64,000 bases of DNA. Source: Eutreptiella sp. 'Long Island Sound 2002'. Lineage: Eukaryota > Protista > Euglenida. Shown here piece by piece: positions 37,201 to 49,200 of this stretch. Numbering within the stretch: position 1 is the stretch's first letter; each line of letters opens with the position of its first letter. Both the position numbers and the translations under genes were made by a program. The DNA is taken from contig OZ038379.1 of NCBI GenBank assembly GCA_964036045.1, positions 17,546,001 to 17,610,000 of the forward strand. Reading direction: 5' to 3'. Below the pieces are notes generated by a model, which saw only the letters and a program-made list of their open reading frames with translations, had not been told where the DNA came from and made no database searches.

Positions 37201-40200
37201 TTGTGACTTGTTTGGTGCATGGGGGGGGGGGGGCACTCAGGCTCACGCCCTGACACCTACCCCCCCCCCCCCAAACGTTCTGGGCCCGTTGGGGTCGTGC
37301 TGATCATGTTGAACACACATACATGCGGTAAAATGTTTTTTTTGAAAAAAAAACGTTTGTACCCACGGGCTTGGGGGGGTCCGGTCCCAGCCGCCGTGCT
37401 TGGGGGGCTGGGAGGGGGAGGTCAGGGGTTTGGCATGTTTGGCAGGCATATTTGAATTCCCCAGAAAACGCTGAGCATTTGGAGCATACAGACTTGCGGT
37501 GAAAAACAAATCTTTCACCCCCTCCTGCGCCGCCGTCATTGGGGGCGCCTAAACATTTTGGCCACCTGAAGGGGGGGGGGGGGTCACCCGGGCCTGGGGT
37601 CCCCAACATACATCCCTCAAAATGATCCCGTCGCACTACTTCCCCGCCCCCCCACTGTAATCCTCCTCCCCATGGGCTGGGGGAACGGTCATGAAGCGAT
37701 GGTCCCCATTGCAATTTTGCAGCAAAGCACCGACTGCGACGAATGCGCGTGCCGGTCCACCGCTGGCCCTTCGACAACACTCATCAAAAAGCAAAATCCG
37801 TCAACAGGTGTACACAACGCACACCGCGCCAGGAGTTGCCCTGGGGCCCGGGTGCAACCCGCGTTCACAGGATGTTCCAGATGACCAGCATGAGCCTCAT
37901 CCCGTGCCAAACTCAAACAGCTCGCATTGGCTGTCACGCCCATTATTCGGGCCCTCATAGGGGGACCCTACGTTGGGGGCTGGGGTGGCGGGGGCATAAA
38001 GGCTGGACGGATGTGCCGGTAGGTGCTTCCGGGCGTACATACGTGTGCGCCTTTTGAGGAGGGAATCCTCCACTCGTGGATGGGTGGGTGGGTTGTCCAC
38101 CCGTTCGGTTGGGGGTGAAGAGGGGCAGCCCACTCGGCTACGCCTCAGAACCGGGGAACATTTACTTTGTGAGAGTGGGACACCACTCCTCACAAGTGCT
38201 GCTGCTGCCCCTCCATCCCATGCCAGCGCCGGCAATGCTCCACATAAAGCCTCTCCCAACGCAGCGGAGTTTGGAGTGTGCTCACTGCAAAAGATGTGGG
38301 AAATATACTACACACTGGGCGAGGGGGGGGGGGGGGGGCATACCACCCTCGTTGTATGTGCCCGTGTCCGCAGTGTGGGCAGTCCAGCACTGATCCTGGT
38401 TATCATGAGTGTACTGTCGACACGTCCCGTCCGGCGCGACCTCAACGATCCTGTTGGCCGGGGTCGGATCCACGTGCGACCGGTCCCGGTAGTGGAACCG
38501 CCACTGGGCGAACCCGGGGTCCATGACCGCGCACTGCGCGCAGGCACTCGACATCCCGTAGAACATCCCGGCCGTGTACGTGCCACTCCTCAGAGTCAGC
38601 CCGCTGCCGGCCTCCGCCACCGCAAAGCAGCCGGCGTCGCGCGCGCAGGCCTCCTTCGCGGCGGCCAGGCCAGGCTCCTGCACCTCCGTGCGGCAGGACC
38701 AGTAGCTCGGCCCCCGGCCCGGCACCATGATCCAGCCCGCGGACGGCCTGGCCCCCGTCTGACAGGCGCAGCAGGCGTCGCGCGCCGACAGCCCGTCCAC
38801 GGCGTAGTGCGCCACCCACGACTGATGGCACCAGCCCTCCCTCTCGTACGTCGCGCAGGTGCTGCCGTCGGCGTCGGCCCACCCCGCGACGTCCTGACAC
38901 GCGACGGGGCAGGCCTCGGGGGGGCCGAACACGTCGAAGGCCAGGCCATCCGTGACCCCGAGGGGGCTTTGCAGGCCCCCGGGCATCGTGAACCAGTGGT
39001 TAGGGGAGTAGCCGTTGTAGCCGCAGTCGCGGGGAAACCCAACGTCAGCGTCGCCGTAGTTGCAGTACCTCCACCTGAGGGAGCAGGGCGTTGTGGGGGG
39101 GGAGGGAGGGTGCAATAAAGGCTGCGCAGGGGTGCCCGTGGGTGCTCCCAAGTGCACGCATGGGTTTGAGTTTTCGGGAGGAAACTGTCCACATTGTTTT
39201 GCCCGTTGGCCGGTGAGAGCGGGGCAGTCGTCCCTCTGCTGCTTCTGCCCCTTGGCGTCCCTCCCACACGGGCGGCGGCAATGCTTCACATGCAGTCAGT
39301 CCCATTCATAAACGCAAATTTAGATCTGGGGGAGAGCACGGGGAGGGGCTGCGACTGAGGCGGGGAGCTGCCCTGCTCGACTTGAGGGCAACAGAGCCGC
39401 CTCCAACGACTGGGCGGCAATGGTGTTTGGACCAGTTGCACCAACACCCAAACGCTCGGAAAAAATTTCTCGGTTGTCCTTTTAATTTTCTGTGCTTTTC
39501 CTGTGTCATTTTCCTGTGCTCTTGATCTCATCATCTCAACAAAATTCATTGCCAAACAGCCCATTGCTTTGTGTCACACCCTACACCCGCGTGGTGAAAA
39601 AAACTCTCTTCCACAAAACGGATTGCGTTTCTGCGGTGAAAAATGGATCTTGTAGTCTCTAACAAATTGATTCCCTACGTGTCCCAACCACCCCATTGCG
39701 TTGATCCAATCGTATTTGTCCTTTCAATTTTCGGTGCTTTTCTCGTGTCAGTTTCCTGTGCTTTCTGACGCCGAGTTAAATTGATTTTAGTTGGATGGGG
39801 GGGAGGGCGAAGGGGAGGGAGCGATCATCGGGAGTCACCAGAGCGGGAGGCTGCCCTCCACGTCAGGCAGGCAAGACCGTCGCCCCCGAAGTCTGCATCT
39901 CAAAGACCTGCTGTGCGGAGGTCAAAGGAGGGTGGGCTTTGCCAGGGGGGCGGGGGGATGAGGTCAAGAAGGCTCAGAGGTCCGGCGCATGCCCACAGGC
40001 GTACATTCGTGTTTCTGTGCGTCAAAGCGATTCTGTGGGATTCAGGGCGCTGCACCAGCGACGGCCCGGCGCTCAGGCGCACAGCAGAGCGCAATGTACA
40101 TGCGCAGGGGCCATCCGTGGGCTGCCACGAAGCACTTGGCCACCACCTCAAGCTCCGCCACAACGTCCACAATGGCCGCCTTGGGCGGTGCTGGCGGTGT

Positions 40201-43200
40201 GCAGAACGGGGGGGGGGGGGCGGACCTCGTCTAAGTCCGGTGTGCCGAGGGTGGCCCGCAGCAGCTGTGGGACATATGGATGGAGCCCTGCGCAGGAGGC
40301 GATTGGACGGTGTCCTGCCCCCTGTGTGACATTCCGTCTGGTTGGTGTTCCTTTACGGGGCCCTGGACAGTCACCTGTTCTTCCCTTCGCATGTTGCGTC
40401 GGGTCGCTGCTTTCTGTCGGCCGCTGCGGCCGGTGCTCTTGCTGGTGTCGTTTCCGCATTCGCGGAGCCCAGTGGTTTTGTGCGTTGGGGCTGTGCTGGA
40501 TGTGGCATGGTGTGCCGTTTGCGTGTCAGTGGCGCCCAATAATTGGCGTATTGAGGATGTGCTGGTTGTTGCCGGGGTTGTTTGACTGTTTTTGCTGTCC
40601 ACGCGCCTCTGTCCTCAGGCCGTCCATAATCTGCCTCTCTGTGTTTCCGTGTGCGTGAGGCCCAGGTGCCCTGCCCCTCCAAGAGCCATGCAATCGCACA
40701 ACACACATCGCAGACGCATCGGCCCTTCAAGAGCCCCCCGAAATGGCAGACCATCGACACGAACACGGCCTTGGCCCTTTGCTGCACCGGCCCCCCCTTC
40801 AATCTCCAGCAGCTCCAAGGCCCCCCTCTCCGGTCAATGCGCACCCTCCCCCTGCAACGGATGGCCTTCCTCCGCGTTGCTCTACGGCGTCCAGACCGGA
40901 ACTCGGCTGCAAACACCACCACCGCATCTTCTTTGCCTCTAGACATCGGAACATCAACTCCACACCACTCCCTTTGAGGCTGGCCCAGCAGCGAACCACC
41001 ACTGCACAAAACCGGGCACAGAACCCATGTTCACCGCCAACCCAATCGCCAACCGGCGTCAACCGCCCTAGACCAACCGCTGCCGACATCGCTTGATCGC
41101 CAACCGCCGTTCGCCCGGCGCCAACCGCTCACGGTCCGATACCAACCACCAGAACCTGACCCCGGGACTTCCAAAGGGCCCTGTGCCTGACCGAGGGCCC
41201 TTGTCCGCGCTCACACCCGTTCATGTCCCACCACGCGTCGACCTCGGAGCCGTAGAGCGCGAAGTCCGTCCCCAGCACATTGGCCGTCGAGGACCAGAGG
41301 TAAGTGAAGAGCTGGTAGGCGTTGAAGGGCACCACGAGGGGGCTGAGGCGCGTGTAGATGGCGTACGTCCCCCCGTTCCGGCGGTACCTGACCACGGGGC
41401 ACCAGCGGAACGCCTCGTTGAAGGCGTCGGCCCCCACGTCCAGCGTCACCGCGTCGCCCGCGGCGCTCAGCTCGACGACGGTGCGCCACTGCCACGCGGC
41501 CTCGCAGGGCCCGCAGGACCCCCCGCAGTCGACCCCCGTCTCGTCGCCGTTCTGGACGGCGTCGTGGCACGTGGCCGCGGGGCAGCAGGGGGCCAGGCCC
41601 ACGAACAGCGCCGTGTTGCAGGGGCCCTTCAGGAGCGGGAGGAGGGCGGACTGCCCCGGGGGGACGTCGCGGTAGAAGATGGACCACCCGAGGGCGTTGG
41701 CGGGAAAGCCCTGCCGCCACGAGTCCCTTGGCGCTGATGACATCAGTATACCTGAGAGAGGGCCGGGCATTGCTCTATCTCCTCGTCTTTCCCTCGGGTC
41801 CGGGGCGATGGTGTAAACGATGGGGGTTTTGTGGGTGAAGGTGAACGACGGAGGTACCGGAGCTCACATTCTGCCCTCGTGGCGTGTGGGTGTGTTTTCC
41901 TTTGTTTTGGGGGGGGGGGAATGGCCAGGGACCCGCAACGCAATTGTCTCAACTCGAATCTGTACCCCTCAGCCCCGACGCAATTCGAACGGCTTCTCAC
42001 GGTTTGCCTCACGCGCTGCTGGTGCTGCTACGCCCTCGTCCGGGGGCCCCGAGGCAGAAGGGGGACCTGGGGCGTCCTTGCAACAGATTGACCCGGAGAG
42101 GTCGACGGTGATGCTGCAGCCCGGATTGTTTGTGAACAAGCGACCATCCCGCAGGCAGCTGTACTCGTCCGGTGCCGCATAGCCGCAGTCCCTCCCCATC
42201 CCGTGGAGGTCCGGGTCCGTAGGGCCCGCCACATCGCACCCTCTCCCATTGATGCTCGCACTCGCTGGCCCCTCGCGGCACGTGGGGAAGCACCCCTGGC
42301 AGTCGTTGTTGGAGTCGAAGGCGTAGCAGCCGGAGAAGCTGGTGGCTTCGGCGAAGGTGATGCTGAGCGCGAACACGTCCACTCCCGTGCAGACATGCCA
42401 GCCAGGGGCGCAGCGGGAGGCGTCCGACACGTGATGCCCCTTCACAGTGCCGGGGCAGGCAGCAATCGTGGGGTACTTGTTCACGGCGGTGAAGCCCGCG
42501 CGCGTGCCAGCGCTGCAGCCCACAGTGCTGGTGCCTGCGAAATCAAAACAGGGGAACATTGACACGAAGGGCACTGGACCCGCCAGTAGAGGAACCAGAT
42601 CCCATGGGGCCAGGGTGGCCGGGTGGCCCCCCAGCGTCACGTGTATGGCACGCCGGTGACAATGAGGGCCAAACGCTTTAGGCGTCGCTTGTGATCATGT
42701 CGCGTGGTCACAACATCAAAAGATCGACTTGACGGTGTTTGAGGTGACCTGCGCCCTCGCATCTTTGGTTGTTGTGCACGGGATCACCCCCCGGTCTGAC
42801 ATCACCCACCGTCCGCTTCGAGCTTCCAGCCCATCCTCGGCGCTGTTTCCAGTGTCGGCAGGCTTCGGCAGGCGTCACAAAAATTTTTCGAAGATTTCGG
42901 CAGGCGCCACCAATCTTTTTTGGCAGGTGTCGGGCGCGCACGCACACAGCTCACAAACTCACATACATGCACCCATACAGCGCAGTGACACGGACAGAAC
43001 ACGCTGGCCCCTGGCCGCATGGCCCAGGGAATGTCAGCAAACGCCCCGGCAGGTACAAGCGGGTGTCAGCAACTCTTTTGGCAGGTCCGTCCCGCGCCAC
43101 AGACCAACCACCGACAGAAGAAGAAACAGAAGGGCACGGGGACATGCAGAATGGCCAGTGCACAGACAGACCGTCCATTTGGGTGGCATCCATCGCCACG

Positions 43201-46200
43201 TACACCCGCGCCGTGTAGTCCCCCGCCGTGGAGGCGCCGGGCGTCACGACGATCATATTTGTGGAGGAGTGCGGCAGTTGGACCAGCCAACCGCCCTCGA
43301 TGAGCGGCGGGATGTGCGCGAGGGTATGCGGGTCATCGGCACAGGCCTGCACCCCGTCCACGGCGGGGACCAGCGTATACGCCGTGCCTGAGATCGTGGG
43401 GCGCGGCAGCACCTCCAGCAGCGTCACATCCGCCACAGCGGCATCGCCGGTGTACAAGCTGCCGGTGACCCCGACGAAGCGGACCTGCAGCACCGTCCCG
43501 GCGAACGGCACTTGGGCGGTGGACCAGGCGTCCGTGTGGCCCGCATGCTGCTGCCCGGTGCGGGTCCAAACCTCTGTCCATGTGCCAGTGCCGGCCCTCA
43601 CCTGAACTGACAGGGAGCCCATATCAGCCCCGTACATATGGTACCTGAACGAACGTGCAAAGCTCCCGCAGACAGTGAATGCCTCAGTCACTGGGGCAGC
43701 GGGCCGGGCACCACAGTACCGGGGACTGGGAGTCCTGCCATGCCGACTCTACTCCTGTACTCCCGAGGGGAGCTCTCCCTCGGCGGGTCCTGGGTCGTGC
43801 AGGACGTGCGGCTCTGGCTGCGCTGCACAGCGCAGCGTGTCGTGCTCATCCCCGTTGGGGTGGCAGGCAGAGTTGTGGAGGTGATGGTACAGCACGGGAG
43901 GCCACAGGGGCAAGGGCATCCACACGGTGTGGGTGTGTGAATGTGTGGGTGTGTGAATGTGTGGGTGTGTGAATGTGTGGGTGTGTGAATGTGTGGGTGT
44001 GTGAATGTGTGGGGGTGTGGGGGTGTGGGGGTGGGGGGTGCGGGTTGTCCACAGATGGATATGTGCATATGCGGGCGGGGGTGGATGTGTGGGTGCAAGG
44101 GTGCGCAGGTCTGTGGGGTTGTGCGGATGTGCGGGTTTGTGGTGGGTGTGTGGGTGCATGGATGCGTGGACGTGTGGATGTGTGGGACCCACGCATCCCA
44201 CATCCGCATGTATACACACCCACACACCCACACGTTCAAACATCCACACACATACTCACCCGCAGAACCACGCATCCACATCAGGTTCTGTGACCGTAGG
44301 TGGCATTGTCCAACCAAATTTATAGAACTAACATGGCACCCAAGGAATCGGGGTCTCACAATGGAGAGGAACAAAACAAGGTGGCTACATAACCACTGCA
44401 GATCAGGGTCTCCAGGGCAAGGAGGAATAAAATGGCTACATAACCTCCAGGGTCTCTAGAGCGGGGAGGAGCATCCAAAGCTTCTTCAGGTGCCTTTGGC
44501 ATACTACCTTTTGTTCTCTCATGCTTTGTGTGTTCTTACTGGTTCCTGCCCCTGTGTGGCCCACAAATGCACTTTGTTGACTTGATGGCAGATGAAGTTG
44601 TTGGTGATGACATATATGAAGCTACAACAGATCATGAAGATGATGGTGGCAGCGTGTCAGAAATGTCCTGTGACGCTAGGGTATCTCCGGAAAATCTAGA
44701 TGGTTGGTTGGACCCTCAATTCTGCCACCGCCCATCAATTCGGGATCTGTGCAAGCTGCCGATGGTGCTAGCCATCGGAAATGGACCCTGATGTGGCACA
44801 CAGGCATGCAAAGCCGCCTGCAAAACCAGTGCTCAGGCAACCGTCAGTGGCTGCATGTTTTAATTCAGAAGTAAGGGACAATGAATATGCAAAACTCGCA
44901 GTTTGCAGACCATCTGACTCGAGTGCTGACTTTGAGAAGGTGGACTGTGTAATCTTGTTGAGAAATAAATTTGAACAAGAGCATGCGTGCGTCTTCTTGT
45001 CGGGACAGATGCTGTTGTTTTTTTCGGGGGGTTTAGTCCCCTGCATCCCCGCCCCCCCCCCCCCCACATACACACCACGCACACTTGAGTAACGGCAAGG
45101 AGCGCTGTGAGAAGATGCCGAGTCAGGTCACCAAAATGGATCGGAATTTCACATTGCGCATTCACATTAACACTGACGATCGCACGTGCTGCCGTAACCA
45201 AGTCATCCGGCTCCCGGTACTCTCAACCACCCCCCCAATTCGGCGAAGAAATCCCAACAATTCGGCAGAACAATTCGGCGGGCCTATTTTTCGGCGAAAT
45301 GCTTCCCAGTCACCAGGATTATGGCCCTGGCCCCCCAAACACACTGTCCCTTTGGTTGCTGTGTTGTCAGAGACATGTGGAAACCCTTATTAGCTGAAAA
45401 AAAATTTGCATCCTGCTGATTGTATAAGACGAAAAATGGCATCTTGAAAGCGAAAATGCTTGGTTGAATGGTTGCAGTGTCGGGCGATAGCACGCCGAAA
45501 ACTGGGTTACCCTGGTTCAAACCCCTCTGGGGTCAATTTTCTGACCAATTTTCTGACCTGGACCCAGAGTCGAAGACAGGTTTTTGGAAGTGTTGGGGGG
45601 GGGGGGGGTAACTTGGTCCCACCGCTTCAGTTTGCGGCGCTTTTTTTTTTCATGTGCACGGGAAAACTGTGCACTTTCTGAATATCCAAGCGGCGTTGAT
45701 TGGTTCAACGATATTTTTGAAACCCGGGCCCGAGTCTGGACGGGGTCACCCAGAAAAATGATGAAACCTCCCCAGAGTCCAAAACAGGTTTTTGGAAGTG
45801 TCCTGGGGGTAACTTGGTCCCACCGTTTCAGTTTGTGGCGCTTTTTTTTTTCATGTGCACTCCCCAGACACAGCTACAGAATCCACTGCAGGCACCAGTA
45901 GCCCGGAATCCAGTGACTGGGGGCCTGATGATGAGCTGCCCGAAGAACGGCAGCTGAAGAACGCACTGGGCCGTGCAGAGCGAACACAAAATTCGCAAAC
46001 TGCCCCCTCACCGGCATCAGGATACTTGTCCCGAAGAAAAGCTTGATCAGCGGAGGACAACGAATCCCAGGGGACCAAAGACACGTTTTTTTGTGGACAG
46101 TAAAAACACTTCATGGTGCCAATCTGAACAACCAATATACAAAGAAAAGGTATTATGCAGTGTCCCAAAGTAAGTGACGCCTCCAACTCAGGTGACCCAG

Positions 46201-49200
46201 AACCCAGAAACCCCAACATGTCGGCAAAACGAGGCGGCAAAATCCCAGAAACCTAGTGATTCGGCAAAACAAATCGGCGAGATTCAGAAACCCAACAATT
46301 CGGCAGACCAATTCGGCAAAATCGGCCAAATTCGGCCGCCGAATTGGGGGGGGGGGGGGGTTGTACTCTGTGCCATGAAGGCACCGGGAACTCCCAAAAG
46401 GGGGAATGGGGGCTGGGGTGGGTGCGCTCAGGCCCTTCGCATGTTGCGTCAGGTTGCTGCTTTCTGTCGGCCGCTGCGGCCGGTGCTCTTGCTGGTGTCG
46501 TTTCCGCGTTCGCAGAGCCCAGTGGTTGGTGTGCTGGGGCTGTGCTGGATGTGGCATGGTGTGCCGTTTGCGCGTCAGCTGCGCCCAGTAGTTGGCGCAT
46601 TGAGGATGTGCTGGTTATTGCCGGGGTCGTTTGACTGTTTTTGCTGTCCACGCGCCTCTGTCCACAGGCCATCCATAACCTGCCTCTCTGTGTATCCGTG
46701 TGCGTGAGGCCCAGGTGCCCTGCTCCTCCACGCGTTGCCCCGATCATCGACCATATGTCCCTTTCCCCCTCACGGCTGGTCTGCCCCTGGTGGGCTCCCG
46801 CTCCTGTTGCGCAAACAGCCCCACTCCCCACTCGTGAACACAGGAGACCGCTGTGCACCAACACAGGGTACGGCACCTGAAAATGATTCCAGAAAACGTC
46901 GCAGAAGTGGACGTCAAGTACGCGGTTTTGGATGGATGGTTCGGGGAACTGGACTCCAGGTACACATACGTGGCCTCTCCCGTCTCGGGCCCAGTGCTGG
47001 AGGAGGGGGTGCCCCCAGCCCCCCGTGTCCACGTGAAATCGCCCCCGGAAGTGGTCCAGACCCCGTGGCAGAAGCTGCTGGTCCCCGACGCAAAGCGGCA
47101 TGTGTGACTCCCCGACAGGTACTGGTACACATTCCACTGGCTCTGGGATGGCCCCCCGTCCTGTCCGCCCCCGGCCCCACAGCAGCGACACCCGAGCGTT
47201 GGGGATGAGGGCGACCACATCAGGTATCCGTGGCAGTCGGCGTGCTGCACAGCAGCCATGAGGCACTGGGTCAGCTGCGACAGGCCCAGGTCGACGGACT
47301 GGGCCCCACACTCCTGCGCTGAGGCATAGACAACAGCACAGGGGAAGCAAGAGCCACCGCAGTCGGCCCCGGTCTCGTCGCCGTTCCGATAGCCGTCCAT
47401 ACAAGTTGGGGCTGAGAGAGAGACAATGCAGGCGGAACTACAAGTCTCACGGACCCCTGATCTGCACCAGTACATGCAAAAGGAGCGATCGTCCGTCATC
47501 TCTATGGACACGCCAGGTTGTGCACCATTCATGTGGAAGGCCCCCACCCAATGGGGGAATGTTTGCCCGGCGCGTGCCCGGCGCGCTATCTTTGTATTAA
47601 GTATCCTGGCTCTAGCCCCAAGTTTATCCTCACCTAGGGAAGTCCCCCAAGTAGACCGCACTGGACCGCAAATCTTCCCTGCAAAAGCAAGTTGCACAAG
47701 TCGAAATATGAGAATTCAACAACACAAAATGTCACTCCGAATGTGATTAACAAATAATAACATTATTCCCACAAGTGTGGGTGTCAAATACATTCAGGAC
47801 AATAGTGCTCCTTACACTCACCACAAACTGTGACAGTGGAGCGCTTGTGACAACACAACGCACACACTCCTACCTCATCCTCTTTCTCATCACCCCTGCC
47901 TTCTCCGGGGCCCAAAAATGGGTGGATTGGCTTCATAACCCCTGCCTTCTCGGGGGAGCCCAATAGAAGGGGACAAATTCAGAAGTGGCTACATCACCCC
48001 TGCGTTCTTGGGGATAGTTTGGTGGGGGGGGGGGGGGGGGAAGGCAGGGGTGGGGAATGGTCTAGATCTGAAACATGCTCCACACATGATGTTTGATGGT
48101 TGTGGGTGGTCACAGTATCAGAGCGGGAATTCCAAACAGAGGCAATGGGGTAAAAAAGATGTATTTTAATGCCCTTTGATGATGAAGGTTTGATGCATTT
48201 TAATGCATTTTAATCGAAGTACTTGTACTGGGGATGGTGATTTTCCTGATTGTGGCCTAATTAATCTCACATAGAAAAATGCCTACTTTTCAAATCTTTA
48301 TGCAGATACGCAGTCAAGCATGTCCGACATGTTGACTCCACAGTGGACGTCAGCCCCAAACCCACACACTGCTCCACATAAGAGGCAATTGGCCCCTTCA
48401 GTGGCACAGCTGTTGCTTTTGGAATAGGTTGGGGTGTATTTGGGTGCTGACAGAGAACTCAGAAGGGATTGGATTTAAGGGATGCCGCATTGCGCAGAAA
48501 AAAATCAGGAGCAACGCACACATTGCGGACCAGACCCAAATACAATGCCCCAGGGTTGCCACAAAAGCTGAGAAAGTGTGCCGGGTATGTGCCGGTGTCC
48601 GCACTAGCGTCAGTTTCCAGGAGGAAATTATTTACTTTGCGTTCTGCTTCATGGCTTCCAGCCATCCGGGTGGCGCCTGCTGGACTGCCTACATTGCTTG
48701 TGCCAAGCCAACGGGAAAAATATGTTTGGTGGGCGAGACCCCTGAATGCACTTACCAATGGGTCGCCAAAATGCAATACATTGTTCGACCGATGGGGCAC
48801 ATGGGTGTGAGAAACAGGCAAAGAAGTGGAGCCCACTGGTGGGAGCACCATGACTGTGGAAGAGAAACGTCTCAACGGCCTGAGGCACCTCTTTAGGAGG
48901 GCTGAGCCATAGAGGGAAACAAACGCACCGCGCGCACCGCGCATAGCACCGCGCGCTCGTTTTTGGGTTGCTGTTTTATGCACTTCTGGCTGATTTTCAG
49001 TGTGGCAGAAACACGGTGGCTTCAGGGGTTCACATACAACAACGGAGGCCTCCACTCCATCCTCCTCACCATTGCAATGGTGGTTGTAGCTGCCCACACC
49101 CCCTGCCGGGGGGGGGCGTTGAGCTCAAAGAGACCTCCTCGGCACGGCCCACCACCGAGGAGGGTGCCCCGCATGGGTGCCCAAACCTGCGGAGCATTCG

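Noticed and set aside
43931-44010. CRISPR array (also considered for the other tandem repeats)
   Set aside because: Head-to-tail repeats without unique spacers, no cas genes, eukaryotic context.
45461-45535. Functional tRNA gene
   Set aside because: A/B-box-like motifs are present, but acceptor and anticodon stems do not pair convincingly.
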